Shown piece after piece: positions 1 to 16,410 of a stretch of 64,000 nucleotides of DNA. The DNA lies in the NCBI RefSeq assembly GCF_009914755.1, contig NC_060937.1; one strand, written 5' to 3'. The position numbers and the translations under genes are program-made. The DNA is from the human T2T-CHM13v2.0 reference genome, Homo sapiens. Within the stretch, counting starts at the first letter, position 1. Each line of letters begins with the position of its first letter. Under the pieces are notes generated by a model. It was not told the origin of the DNA. It saw only the letters and a list, made by a program, of their open reading frames with translations, and did not search any database.

Positions 1-3000
1 CCTCCCTGGGGTGATCAGTGCAGAGATATGTCACAAAGCCCCTGTAAGCAGAACTTTGACAAGGGTTACATCACCTGTTTGATCAGTGGAAATGTATATC
101 ACAAGCCCCCTGTAGGCAAAGCCCAGAAAATTGTTACATCACCTGGGTGAGCAGTGGAGAGATCTGTCACAATGCCCCTGTAGGCAGAGCTTAGAGAGGG
201 GTTCCATCACCTGGGTGATCAGTGCAGAGACATGTAAAAATGCTCCTGTAGGCTGAACCTAGAGAGGAGTTACATCACCTGGGTGATCCGTGCAGAGATA
301 TGTGAGAATTTCCGTGTAGGCAGAGCCTAGACAAGAGTTACATCACCTAGGTTATCAGTGCAGGTATAATTCCTAAAGACTCCTGTAGGCAGAGTGTAGA
401 CAAGAGTTCCCTCCCCAGGGTGATCAGTGCAGAGATGTGTCACAAATCGCCCTCTAGGCAGAGTGTAGAGAAGAGTCCCATCACCTGGGTGATCAGTGCA
501 GAGATATTTCACAATGCCCCCTGTAGGCAGAGAGTGGACAAGAGTTACATAACTTAGGTGATCTGTGCAGAGCTATGTCAAAACACCCCTGTGGCAGAAC
601 CTAGATACATGTTACATCACCTGGGTGATCAGTGCCGAGATAAGTCACAATAACCCCTGTAGGTGGAGCCCAGACAAGAGTTACACCACCTCTGTGATCA
701 GTGCAGAGATATGTCACAAAGCCCCTGAAGGTGGAGCCTAGACAAGAGTTACATCACCTGGGTGATCAGTGCAGAAATATGTCACAAAGCCCTATAGGCC
801 GAGCCTAGACAAGAGTTACATCTCCTGGGTGATCAGTGCAGAGGTATGTCCCAATGACCCCTGTGGGCAGAGCATAGAGAAGAGTTGCGTCACCTGGATG
901 ATCAGTGCAGAGATATGTCACAATGTCCCTTGTAGGCAGAGCATAGAGAAGAGTTGCATCGCCTGGGTGATCAGTGAGGAGATACATCACAATATCCCCT
1001 GTAGGCAAAGCTTTGACAAGAGTTACATCACCTTTGTCATCAATTCAGGGATATATGAAAATGCCCCCGTAGGCAGAGCCTAGACAAGATTTACTTCACC
1101 TAGTTGATCAGTGCAGAGATATTTCGCAATATCCCCTGTAGGCAGATCCTAGACAAGAGTTGAATCACCTCGGTGATCAGTGCAGAGATGTTTCACAATG
1201 TCCCCTTTGGACAGAGGGTAGACAAGAGTTACATCACATAGGTGATCAGTGCAGAGATTTGTCAAAATTCCCTTTAGGCAGTGCTTAAAAAAATGTTACA
1301 TCACCTAAGTGATCAGTGCAGAGGTATGTCACAAAGCTCCTGTAGGCAGAACTTAGATGACTTACATCACCTGGGTGATCATTGCAATGGTATGTCACAA
1401 AGCCCCCTGTAGGCAAAGCCTAGACAATAGTTACATCACTTGGGTGATCAGTGGCGAGATCTCTCACAATTCCCCTGTAGGCAGAGCTTATACAACAGTT
1501 ACATCACCTGGGTTATCAGTGCAGTGATATGTCACAGTGCCCCCATAGGCAGATCCAAGACAAGAGTCCGTCACCTTGGTGATCAGTGCAGAAATATGTC
1601 ACAATGCCCCCTTAGGCAGAGCCTACACAAAAGCCCAATCACGTGGATGATCAGTGGAGTGTTATGTCACAATGTCCCTTTAGGCAGATCCTAGAAAAGT
1701 GTTACATCACCTGCGTGATCACTGCAGAGATATGTCACAATACCCCTCTAGGCAGAGCTTAGACAAGAGTCCCATCACCTGGGTGATCAGTACAGAGTTA
1801 TGTCACAAGCCCCCTGTAGCCAGAGCCTAGACAAGTGTTACATCAGCTGTGTGATCAGTGAAGTGACGTGTCACAATGTCCCTGTGGCCATATCCTTGAA
1901 AAAAGTGATATCACCTGGGTGATCAGTGTGGAGATATGTCACAATGTCTCCAGTAGGCAGAGCCTCAACAAGAGTTACATCACCTGGGTGATCAGGGCAG
2001 AGATATGTCACAATACACCCTGTAAGCAGAGCCTAGACAAGAGTTGCATCACCTCAGAGATCAGTGCATAGATATTTCACAAAGCCTTCTGTAGGCAAAG
2101 CCCATTAAAGGCTTACATCACCTAGGTGATCAGTGCAGTGATATGTCACAAAAATCCCTGTAGACAGAGCCTAGAAAAGAATTACATCACCTGGATGATC
2201 AGTGCAGATATTTGACACAATACCCCCATAGACAGAGCCTAGACAAGACTTCCATCACCTGGGTGATCAGTGCAGAGAAACGTCACAATACCCCCTGTAG
2301 GTGGAGCCTAGACAAGAGATACATCACCTGGGTGATCAGTGCAGAAATATTCCACAATGCCGCCACTAGGCAGATATAGACAAGAGTTACATCACCTGCA
2401 TGATCACCGCAGAGATATGTCACAATGCCCCTGTAGGCAGAGCCTAGACAAGAGTCCCATCACCTGGGTGATCAGTGCAGAGTTATGTCACAATGCCCGC
2501 TATGGCAGAGCCTAGACAAGGTTTACATCACCTGGGTGATAAGTTCACAGACACGTCACAATACCCCCTGTAGGTGGAGCCTAGACAAGAGTTACATCAC
2601 CTGGGTGATGAGTACAGAGATATTTTACAAAGCCTCTGTAGGCAGAGCCTAAACAAGAGTTATATCACCTGGGTGATCAGTGCAGAAATGTGTCACAAAG
2701 CCCCTGTAGGCAGAGCGTAGACAAGACTTCCATCACCTGGGTGATCAGTGCAGAGATATGTCAGAAATCTCCCTCTAGGCAGAGTATAGAGAAGAGTCCT
2801 ATCAACTGGGTGATCTGTGCAGAGATATTTCACAATGCCCCCTGTAGGCAGAGAGTTGACAAGAGTTACATGACCTAGTTGATCTGTGCAGAGGTATGTC
2901 AAAACGCCCCTGTAGGCAGAGCCTAGATAAATGTTACATCACCTGGGGGATCAGTGCAGAGATACGTCACAATACCCCCTGAAGGTTGAGCTTAGACAAG

Positions 3001-6000
3001 AGTTACATCACCTAGGTGATCAGTTCACAGACACGTCACAATACCCCCTGTAGTTGGAGCCTAGACAAGAGTTACATCACCTGGGTGATGAGTACAGAGA
3101 TATTTTACAAATCCCCTGTAGGCAGAGCCTAAACAAGAGTTATATCACCTGGGTGATCAGTGCAGAAATGTGTCACAAAGCCCCTGTAGGCAGAGCCTGG
3201 ACAAGAGTTACATATCCTGGGTGATCAGAGCAAAGATATGTCACAAAGCCCCTTGTAGGCAAATCCGAGAAAATTGCTACATCACCAGGGTGATCAGTGG
3301 CGATATCTGTCACAATTCCCCTTTAGGCCCAACTTACACAAGCGTTACATCACATGAGTGATCAGTGCAGAGTTATGTCACTATGCCCCCATAGGCAGAT
3401 TCAAGACAAGAGTGCATCACCTGGGTGGTCAGTGCAGAAATATGCCACAATGCCGCCAGTAGGCAGATATAGACAAGAGTTACATCACCTGCGTGATCAC
3501 TGCACAGATATGTCACAATGCCCCTGTAGGCAGAGCCTAGACAAGTGTCTCATCACCTGGGTGATCAGTGCAGAGTTATGTCACAATGCCCCCTTTTGGC
3601 AGAGCCTAGACAAAGGTTACATCTTATGGGTGATCAGTGGAGAGATGTGTCACAAGCCTCCTGTTGCCAGAGCCTAGACAAGTGTTACATCAGCTGTGTG
3701 GTCAGTGCAGTGACAAGTCACAATATCCCTGTAGCCATATCCTTGAAAAAAGTGACATCACCTGGGTGACCAGTGCAGAGATATGTCACAATGTCTCCAG
3801 TAGGCAGAGCCTACACAAGAGTTACATCACCTTGGTCATCAAGGCAGAGACATGTCACAATACCCAGTGTAAGCAGATCCCAGACAAGAGTTGCATCACC
3901 TCGGTGATCAGTGCAGAGATATGTCTCAATGCCCCCTGTCGGTGAAGCCTATAGAAGAGTTTCATCATCTTGGTGATCAGTGCAGTGATATGTTAAAATG
4001 TGCCTGTAGGCAGAGCCTACACAAGAGTTACATCACCTGGGTGATCAGTGCACAGATACTTCATAAATCCCACTGTAGGCAAAGCCTAGACAAGTTTTAC
4101 ATCACCTCAGCGATCAGTGGAGATATATGTCCCAATGTCCGTCTAGGCAGAGCTTAGACAAGAGTCACATCTCCTGGGTGATCAGTGCAGAGATAAGTCA
4201 CAATGCCCCCATAGGCAGAGCCTAGACAAGAGTTACATAACCAGGGTGATCCGTGCAGAGTGATATCAAAACGCACTCTGTAGGCAGAGACTAGAAAAGA
4301 GTTTCATCACCTGGGTGATCAGTGCAGAGATATGTCACAATGCCACCTGTAGGCAGAGCATAGAGAAGAGTTGCATCACCTGGGTGATCAGTGCAGAGAT
4401 ATGTCACAATGTCCCCTGCAGGCAGAGCATAGAGGAGAGTTACATCACCTGGGTGATCAGAGCAGTGACATGTCACTATGTCCCCTGCAGGCAAGTCTAG
4501 GCAAGAGTTACATCACCTTTGTCATCATTTCAGGGATCTGTGAAAACGCCCCTGTAGGCAGAGCCTAGACAAGAGTTACATCCCCTTGTTGATCAGTGCA
4601 GAGATATTTCACAATACCCCCTGTAGACAGATCCTAGACAAGAGTTGAATCACCTGGGTGATCAGTGCAGAGATATTTCACAATGCCCCCTTTGGGCAGA
4701 GGGTAGACAAGAGTTACATCACCTAGTTGATCAGTGCAGAGATTTGTCAAAATTCCCTGTAGGCAGTGCTTATAAAAGTGTTACATCACCTAAGTGATCA
4801 GTGCAGAGATATGTCACAAAGCTCCTGTACACAGAACTTAGATGAGTTACATCACCTGGGTGATCAGTGCAAATGTATGTCACAAAGCCCCCTGTAGGCA
4901 AAGCCTAGACAATAGTTACTTCACTTGGGTGATCAGTGGCGAGATCTCTCACAGTTCCCCTGTAGGCAGAGCTTATACAACAGTTACATCACCTGGTTGA
5001 TCAGTGCAGAGATATGTCACAATGCCCCCATAGGCAGATCCAAGAGAAGAGTCCTTCACCTTGGTGATCAGTGCAGAAATATGTCACAATGGCACCTTAG
5101 GCAGAGCCTAGACAAAAACCCCATCACCTGGATGATCAGTGCAGAGTTATGTCACAAAATACCTTTAGGGAGATTCTAGACAAGAGTTACGTCACTTGGA
5201 TGATCAGTGCAGAGATATGTCACAATGCCACTGTAGGCAGAGCCTAGACAAGAGTTACATGACCTAGGTGATCAGTGCAGAGATACATCACAATGCCCCT
5301 GTAGGCAGAGCCTGGACAAGAGTTATATCACCTGGGTGATCAGTGCAGTGATATGTCACAATGCCGTGTAGCCAGAGCCTGCACTAAAGTTACAGCACCT
5401 GAGAGATCAGTGAAGAGATATGTCACAATGTCCCCAGTAGACAGAGACCAGGCAAGACTTGGATCACCTCGGGATCAGTGCAGAGATATGTCTGAATCCC
5501 CCTGTGGGCACAGCCTACACAAGAGTTACATCACCTCGGTTAACAGTGCACAGATACGTCAAAATGCCCCTGTAGGCAGAGCCTACACAAGTGTTACATC
5601 ACTTAGGTGATCAGTGCAGAGATATGTCACAATACCCCCTGTTAGCAGAGCCTAGAGAAGAGTTACATCACCTGGGTGATCAGTGCAGGGATATGTGACA
5701 AGGCCCCTTTAAGCAGACCCTAGACAATAGTTACATCACCTGAGTGATCAGTGCAGAGATCTGTCACAATGCCCCTTTAGGCAGAGCTTAGACCAGAGTT
5801 ACATCACCTGGGTGATCAGTGCGGAGATATTTCACAATGCCTCCATAGGCAAATCCAAGACAAGAGTCCGTCACCTGGGTGATCAGTGCAGAAATATGTG
5901 ACCATGCCCCCAGTAGGCAGAGCCTAGAGAAGAGTCCCATCACCTGGGTGATCAGTGCAGAGATATTTCACAATGCCCCTGCAGGCAGAGCGTAAGCAAG

Positions 6001-6376
6001 AGTTACATCATCGAGATGATCAGTGCAGAGATATGTCACAAGGCCCCCTATAGGCAGAGCTTGGACAAGAGTTACATCACCTTCGTGATCTATGCAGTTA
6101 TATGTCACTATGCCCTGTAGGCAGAGCCTAGTCAAGCGTTATATCACCTGGGTGATCAGTGCAGAGATATGTCACAAAGCCCCCATACACAGAGCCTAGA
6201 CAAGTGACCCATCACCTGGGTGATCAGTGCAGAAATATGTCACAATGCCCCCATAGGCAGAGCCTAGACAAAAGTCCCATCACCTGGGTGATCAGTGTAG
6301 AGATATATCCCAAAGACCCTGTAGGCAGAGCCTAGAGAAGAGTTACATCACTGTTGATCAGTTCAGAGATGTGTCA
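1..6376 (+). repeat. Beta satellite (68-bp Sau3A/BSR) tandem array
   Basis: Continuous ~68-bp monomers GATCAGTGCAGAGATATGTCACAA...TGTAGGCAGAGCCTAGACAAGAGTTACATCACCTGGGT with diverged variants. Confidence 0.97.
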
Positions 6377-6984
6377 TGCTGACTGTTTGCTCCCGGAGCT
6401 CTGCTGGCACCCGGAAACATGCAGGGAAGGGTAGAAGACCGGCATGGTGCCTTCGCTCTCCTTGCCAGTTTCCAAACCGGCCACACTGCAGACTCCCCAT
6501 GTTGCCGCACACGGGAATCCATCGTCAGGCCATCACGCCGAGGAGGCATCTTCTCTCTGGCGTCTCGCTCTGGTCTCCTACGTGGAAATGAACGAGAGTC
6601 ACACACCTAGGCGTGTGAGACTTTCCCGGCAACGGCGACACGCACAGTCACTAACTACTTCACGCACACAGGGCCTGGAACACTCAAGACTCCCACGGAG
6701 GTTCAGTTCCACACTCCCCTCCACCCTCCCAGGCCGGTTTCTCCCTGCTGAAGACGGGTGGGAGCCCAGAGAGCGCCTTCCAGTTCCCGCGGGATTCCTG
6801 GATTGTTCCGGAGAGCCAGCCCTTGAAATGCACCCCACTCACCGCTTCGCCCTCGCCCCCTTCCTCTTCGTCTCTCCGGCCCCAGCACCACCATCACCTC
6901 GCCCTCCCCACCCACCCCACCACCGCCCAGCCGCAGGCCTCGACGCCCTGGGACCCTTCCGGGGTTGGGCGAGCTGTCCCAGGG

Positions 6985-8431
<1,447 letters not shown>

Positions 8432-8952
8432 GTCACTGGGTAGGGAAGGGGTCGCGTCGGGGCAGGGCGGTGGCCTCCATTTCGTGGGGAACACCTGGCT
8501 GGCTATGGAGGGGCGTGTCTTCCCCCCACCCCCTACACCGGGCTGACCGGCCTGGGATTCCTGCCTTCTAGGTCTAGGCCTGGTGAGAGACTCCACAGAG
8601 CGGAGAACTCCCATTCTTTCCTGGGCATCCCGGGGATCCCAGAGCCGGCGCAGGTACCTGCAGGTGGGCCGCCAACTGTGCACGCACAGGTTTGTGGGCA
8701 GCCGCCTGGGCTGTGGGAAACCCCACTCCCCGAAAATGCGTCCTCCCCTGGGCTGGGTGGAGACCCCCGTCCCGCGAACCATCGGGAACGCGCAACGTCC
8801 AGGCCTGACACCCCTCCGGCGGCTCGCCTCCTCTGCGCCTCCGCGCCACCGTCGCCGGTCTGCCCGTGCCCCTGCAGCCTCCCAGCTGCCACCATGGAGT
8901 GCCGGGCGGCGGAACGCAGACGTCTAGCTCTCTTTGCCCACCTCCTGGCTAG

Positions 8953-9150
8953 ACCTGCGCTCATTGCACACACCGACTGACGTGCAAGTGAGCCCGCTGG
9001 CCTCTCTGTGCCCTTGTCCATCCGTGAAATTCCGGCTGAGGCTCTCCCATCACCTTCTGACGCTCTTTAGTCACAGCCTGCAGAATAGTTACATCTCCTG
9101 GATGATCAGTTCAGAAATATGTCACAATGCCTCTCCCTGCGGAGCCCAGA
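8953..9150 (+). other. DUX4 exon-3/pLAM homolog without poly(A) signal
   Basis: Acceptor CTGGCTAG|ACCTGCGC at 8952/8953; GTCACA at 9121-9126 occupies the position of the 4qA ATTAAA. Confidence 0.8.
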
Positions 9151-9453
9151 GAAGATTTGCATCATTTGGGTGATCAGGGCAGAGATATTTCACAATGTCA
9201 GCTGCAAAAAAAGCCTGGAAATGATTTATGTCACCTCGGTGATCAGTGCATAGGTATGTCAGAAATCCCCAGTAGGCTGAACCTAGACAAGGGTTACATC
9301 AATTAGGGGATCAGTGTAGAGATATGTGAAAATTCCCGTGTAGACGGAGCCTAGACAAGTGTTACATCACCTAGTGATCAGGGCAGCGATAAGTCGTAAA
9401 ACCTCCTGTAGGCAGAGGGTAGAAAAGTGTTTCCTCCCTGGGGTGATCAGTGC
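9071..9453 (+). repeat. Beta satellite, diverged pLAM-distal monomers
   Basis: 68-bp monomers in + orientation up to the strand switch at 9451-9453. Confidence 0.9.
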
Positions 9454-12400
9454 CTACTGGAGACATTGTGACATATCTGAGCACTGATCACCCAGGTGAT
9501 GTCACTTTTGTCAAGGATATGGCTACAAGGGCATTGTGACAAGTCACTGCACTGATCACACAGCTGATGTAACACTTGTCTAGGCTCTGTCTACAGGGGG
9601 CTTGTGACACATCTCTGCACTGATCACCCAGTTGATGTAACCCTTGTCTAGGCTCTGCCAAAAGGGGGCATTGTGACATAACTCTGCACTGATCACCCAG
9701 GTGATGGGACACTTGTCTAGGCTCTGCCTACAGGGGCATTGTGACATATCTCTGCAGTGATCACGCAGGTGACGTAACTCTTGTCTATATCTGCCTACTG
9801 GAGGCATTGTGGCATATTTCTGCACTGATCACGCAGGTGATGGACTATTGTCTTGGATCTGCCTATGGGGGCATAGTGACATATCTCTGCACTGATGATC
9901 ACCCGGGTTATGTAACTCTTGTCTAGGCCTGCCTATGGGGGCATTGTGACTTATCTCTGCACTGATCACCCAGGAGATGTGACTCTTGTCTAAGCTCTGC
10001 CAAGTGGGACACTGGGACATATCACTGCACTGATCGCTGAGGTGATGTAAAACTTGTCTAGGCTTTGCCTACAGTGGGATTTATGACATATCTCTGCACT
10101 GATCACCCACGTGATGTAACTCTTGTCTAGTCTCTGCTTACAGGGGATATTGTGAGATATCTCTGCACTGATCACCCACGTGATGTAACTCTTGTCTAGG
10201 CTCGGCCTTCAGGGGATTTGTGACATATTTCTGCACTGATCACCCAGGTGATGTAACTCTTGTCTAGGCTCCGCCTACAGGGGCTTTGTGACATATCTCT
10301 GCACTGATCACCCAGGTGATGTAACTTTTGTCTAGGCTCCACCTACAGTGGGTATTGTGACATATGTCTGCACTGATCACCCAGGTGAAGTAACATTTAT
10401 CTAGGCTTTGCCTACAGGGGCGTTTTGACATAGCTCTGCACAGATCACCTAGTTTATGTAACTCTTTTCCACTCTCTGCCCACAGGGGGCATTGTGACAT
10501 ATCTCTGCACTGATCACCCAGGTGATGGAAGTCTTGTCTAGGCTCTGTCTACGGGGGGAATTGTGTCAAATATCTGTACTGATCACCCAGGTGATGTAAC
10601 TCTTTTCTAGACTCTGTCTACAGGGATTTTTGTGACATGTCACTGCACAGATCTCCCAGGTGATGTAAGCATTGTATGGGCTTTGCCTACAAAAGGCTTT
10701 GTGACATATCTTTGCACTGGTGATCCAAGTGACGTAACTCTTTTCTAGGATCTGCCTAAAGGGACTTAGTGACATATCTCTTCACTAATCTCCCAGGTGC
10801 TGTAACATTAGTCTAGGCTCTGGCTACATGGCATCATGAGATATCACTGCACTGATCACCCAGGTGATATAACCCTTGTGTAGGCTCTGCCTAAAGGGGG
10901 CTTGTGACATGTATATCCCTGCAATGATCACCCAGGTGATGTACCACTTGTCAAGGCTCTGCCTACAGTGGCATTGCGATGTATCTCGGCACTGATCAAT
11001 TAGGTCATGTAACTCTTGTCTAGGCTCTGCCTACAGTGGCATTGTGACATATCTCTACACTGATCATCCAAGTGTTGTAACACTGTCTAGGATCTGCCTA
11101 AAGGGACTTTGTGACATAACTCTGCACTGATCATCCAGGTGATGGGGCTTTTGTCTAGGATCTGCCTAACGGGCATTGTGACATATTTCTGCACTGATCA
11201 CCCAGGTGACGGACTCTTGTCTTGGATCTGCCTATGGGGGCACTGTGACATATCACTACACTGATAACCCAGGTGATGTAACTGTTGTATAAGCTCTGCC
11301 TACAGGGGAATTGTGAGAGATCTCGCCACTGATCACCCAAGTGATGTAACTATTGTCTAGGCTTTGCCTACAGGGGGCTCTGTGACATACCTTTGCACTG
11401 ATCACCCAGGTGATGTAACTCATCTAAGTTCTGCCTATAGGAGGTTTGGGACATATCTCTGCACTGATCACTTAGGTGATATAACACTTTTATAAGCACT
11501 GCCTACAGGGAATTTTGACAAATCTGTGCACTGATCACCTAGGTGATGTAACTTTTGTCTACCCTCTGCCCAAAGGGGGCATTGTGAAATGTCTCTGCAC
11601 TGATCACCCAGGTGATTCACCCCTTGTCTTGGATCTGCCTACAGGGGGTATTGTGAAATATCTCTGCACTGATCAACTAGGTAATGTAACTGTTGTCAAC
11701 GCTCTGCCTACAGGGGCGTTTTCACATGTCCCTGAACTGATGACAAAGATGATGTAACTCTTGCCTAGGTTTTGCCTACACGGGACACTGTGACACATCT
11801 CTGCATAGATCACCCAGGTGATGCAAATCTTCCATATGCTCTGCCTACAGGGGATATTGTGACATATCTCTGCACTGATCACCCAGGTGATGTAACTCTT
11901 TTCTAGTCTCTGCCTACAGAGGGCGTTTTGACATCACTCTGCATGGATCACCTGGGTTATGTAACTCTTCTCTAGGCTCTTCCTATGGGGGCATTGTGAC
12001 TTATCTCTGCACTGATCACCCAGGAGATGTGACTCTTTTCTAAACTCTGCCTGGAGGGACATTGGAACATATCTCTGCACTGATCACCCAGGTGATGTAA
12101 CTCTTTCCTAATCTCTGCCTACAGAGGACATTGTGACATCACTCTGCACGGATCACGCGGGTTATTTAACTCTAGTCTAGTCTCTGCCTACGGGGGCATT
12201 GTGACTTATCTCTGCACTGATCACCCAAGAGATGTGACTCTTGTCTAAGCTCTGCCTAGAGGGACAATGGGACATATCTCGGCACTGATCCCTGAGGTGA
12301 TGTAAAATTGTCTAGGCTTGACTACAGTGGGATTTATGACGTATCTGTGCACTGATCAGCCAGGTGATGTAACTCTTGTGTAGGCTCTGCCTACAGGGGC

Positions 12401-15400
12401 ATTTTAACATATCACTGCACTGATCACCGAGATGATGTAACTCTTGTATAGGCTTCGCCGACAGGGGTCATTGAGACATACCTCTGAAATGATCACCGAG
12501 GTGATGCAAGTCTTGTCTGGGATCTGCTTACAGTGGGCATTGTGACATATCTCTGCTCTGGTCACCCAGGTGATGGACTCTTGTCTTGGATCTGCCTATG
12601 GGGGCATAGTGACATATCTCTGCACTGATCACTCATGTGATGTAACGCTTGTCTAAGCTGCGCCTAAAGGGGAATTGTGACAGATATCTCCACTCATCAC
12701 CCAGGAGAACTAACAATTTTCTTGGATTTTTCTACAGGGGGCTTTGTGAAAATCTTGGCACTGATCACCCAGGAGATGTACCTCTTGTCTAGGCTTGGCC
12801 TACAGGGGTTTTGTGACATATATCTGCACTGATCTCCCAGGTGATGTAACTGTTGCATAAGCTCTGCCTATAGGGGCATTGTGACAGATGTCTGCACTGA
12901 TCACTCAGGTGATGTAACAACTGTCTAGCCTCTGCTTAGAGGGGCCTTGTCACATATCTCTGCACTGATCACCCAGGTGGTGTAGCACTTGTCTAGGCTC
13001 TGCTTACAGGAGGTATTGTGACATATCTCTGCACTGATCACCTAAGTGATGTAACACTTGTGTAGGCTCTGCCTGCAGGGGTATTTTGACATATCTCTGA
13101 ACTGTTAACCACGGTGATGTAACTCTTGTCTAGGCTGTGCCCACAGGGGTATTGAGACATATCTCTGCAATAATCCCGAGGTGATCCAACTCTTGACAGG
13201 TCTCTGTGTACTGGGGACATAGTGACATATCTCTGCACTGATCTCCTAGGTGCTGTAACTTTAGTCTGGGCTCTGGCTACACGGCATCGTGACATATCAC
13301 TGCAATGATCACCCAGGTGATATAACTCTTCTCTAGGATCTGCCTACAGTGTGCTTTGTGACTTATCCCTGCAATGATCACCCAGCTGATATACCACTTG
13401 TCAAGGATCTACCTACAGAGGCATTGTGATGTATCTCTGCACTGATCACCTAGGTCATGTAACACTTGTCTAGGCTCTGCCTACAGTGGCTTTGTGACAT
13501 ATGTCTACACTGATCACCCAGGTGATGTAACTCTTGTCTAGGATCTGCCTACAGGGACTTTGTGACATAACTCTGCACTGATCATCCAGGAGATGGGGCT
13601 TTGGTCTAGGCTCTGCCTAAGGGGGCATTGTGACATATCTCTGCACTGATCACCCAGGTGATGTAACTGTTGCAGAAGCTCTGTCTAAAGGGGAATTGTG
13701 AGAGATCTTGCCACTGATCCCCGAAATGATGCAACTATTGTCTAGGCTTTGCCTAGAGGGGGCTTTGTGACATACCTTTGCACTGATCACCCAGGTGATG
13801 TAACTCATCTACGTTCTGCCTACAGGAGCTTTGTGACATATCTCTACACTGATCACTTAGGTGATGTAACACTTTTATAAGCACTGCATACAAGGAATTT
13901 TGAGAAATCACTGCACTGATCACCTAGGTGATGTAACTCTTGTCTACCCTCTGCCAAAAGGGGGCATTGTGAAATATCTCTGCACTGATCACCCAGGTGA
14001 TTCAACTCTTGTCTAGGATCTGCCTTCCGGGGTGTTGTGAAATATCTCTACACTGATCAACTTGTTGGTGTAACTCATATCTAGGCTCTGCCTACAGGGG
14101 CGTTTTCACATATCCATGAACTGAAGACAAAGGTGAAGTAACTCTTGCCTAAGCTTTGCCTACAGGGGATATTGTGACATATATCTGCACTGATAACCCA
14201 GGTGATGCAACTCTTGCCTAGGCTTTGCCTACAGGGGACATTGTGACATATCTCTGCACTGATCACCCAGGTGATGCAACTCTTCTCTATCCTCTGCGTA
14301 CAGGGGGAATCTTGACATATCTCTGCACTGATCACCCAGGTTATGTAACGATTTTCTAGTCTCTGCCTACAGAGGGCGTTGTGACATCACTCTGCACGGA
14401 TCACCAGGGTTATGTAACTCTTTTCTAGGCTCTGCCTACAGTGGCAATGTGACTTATGGCTGCACTGATCACCCAGGAGATGTGACTCTTGTCTAACCTC
14501 TGCCTAGAGGGATATTTGGACATATCTCTGCACTGATCGCTGAGGTGATGTAAAACTTGTCTAGGCTTTGCGTACAGTGGGATATATGACATATCTCTGC
14601 AATGATCACCCAGTTGATGTAACTCTTTTCTAGGCGCTGCTTACATGTGGTACTGTGAGATATATCTGCACTGATCACTCAGGTGATGTAACTCTTGTCT
14701 AGGCTCTGCCTACAGGGGCATTTTCACGTATCACTGCACTGATCACTGAGATGATGTAACTCTTGTATAGGGTTCACCGACAGGGGGCATTGAGACATAT
14801 CTCTGCACTGATCACCCAGGTGATGGGACTCTTGTCTAGTCTCTGCCTAAAGGGGCATTGTGACATATATCTACAGTGATCACGCCGGTGATGTAAGTCG
14901 TCTATATCTGCCTACTGGTGGCATTTTGGCATATTTCTGCACTGATCACCGAGGTGATGGACTCTTGCCTTGGATCTGCCTATGCGGGCATAGTGGCATA
15001 TCTCTGCACTGATCACTCATGTGATGTAACGCTTGTCTAAGCTGAGCCTAAAGGGGAATTGTGACAGATATCTCCACTGATTACCCAGGTGGTGTAACAA
15101 TTTTCTGGGATTTGTCTACAGGGGGCTTTCTGACATATCTTTGCACTAATCACCCAGGAGATGTAACTCTTGTGTAGGCTCGGCCTACAAGGGTTTGTGA
15201 CATATTTCTGCACTGATAACCCAGGTGATGTAACTTTGGATTAGGCTCCACCTACAGGGGCTATTGTGACGTATCTCTGCACTGATCACCCAGGTGATGT
15301 AACTCTTGTCTAGGCTCCACCTACAGGGGGTATTGTGATGTATCTCTGCAGTCATCACCCAGGTGATTTGACATTTATCTAGGCTCTGCCTACAGGGGCG

Positions 15401-16410
15401 TTTTGACATAGCTCTGCACAGATAACCCAGATTATGTAACTCTTGCCCACTCTCTGCCTACAGGGGGCATTGTGAAATATCTCTGCACTGATCACCCAGG
15501 TGATGGGACTCTTCTCTATACTCTGCGTAGAGGGGGATTTGTGACATATCTCTGCACTGATCACTCAGGTGATGGAAGTCTTGTCTAGGCTCTGTCTATG
15601 GGGGCATTGTGTCAAATATCTGCACTGATCACCCAGATGATGTAACTCTTGTCTAGGCTCTGTCTACAGGGATTTTTGTGACATATCACTGCACTGATCA
15701 CCTAGGTGATGTAAGCCTTGTATGGGCTTTGCCTACACGGGAATTCTCACATATCTCTGCACTGATCACCCAGGTGATGTAACTCCTCTCTACGTTCAGC
15801 CTACAGGAGTGTTTTGACATATCTCTGCACTGATCACCCAGGTGATGTAACCCTTGTCTAAGCTCTGCCTACAGGGGCATTGTGACAGATCTCTCCACTG
15901 CTCACCCAGGTGATGTAACAATTGTCTGGGCTTTGCCTGCAGGGGGCTTTGTGATATACATTTCCACTTATCAAACAGGTGATGTAACCCTTGTCAAGGT
16001 TCTGCTTACAGGGGCTTTGTGACATATCTCTGCACTGATCACCCCAGGGAGGAAACACTTGTCTACACTCTGCATACAGGAGGCTTTACGACTTATCTCT
16101 GCACTGATCACTAGGTGATGTAACACTTGTCTAGGCTCTGTCTACACAGGAATTCTCACATATCTCTACACTGATCACCTAAGTGATGCAACACTTGTCT
16201 AGGTTCAGCCTACTGGGGATTTCTGACATACCTATGCACTGATCCCCGAGGTGATGTAAATCATTTCCAGGCTTTTTGTACAGGGGACATTGTGATATAT
16301 CTCTGCACTGATCACCCAAATGATGCAAATGTTCTCTAGTCTCCGCCGGGAGGGGTCATAGTGACGTATTTCTGAACTGATCATCCAGGAGATGTAACTA
16401 TTCTCCAGGC
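9451..16410 (-). repeat. Beta satellite array (reverse orientation)
   Basis: Monomers read CACTGATCACCCAGGTGATGTAACTCTTGTCTAGGCTCTGCCTACAGGGGCATTGTGACATATCTCTG. Confidence 0.97.

Noticed and set aside
1155-1170. DUX4 binding sites in beta satellite (GTTGAATCA variants)
   Set aside because: Only the ATCA half matches the TAAYBBAATCA-type motif; the TAA half is missing
1-6376. CRISPR-like array: regular spacing with a conserved palindromic core ATCACC-TG-GGTGAT
   Set aside because: The apparent spacers are homologous to each other (whole 68-bp monomers repeat), there are no cas genes, and the sequence is primate beta satellite
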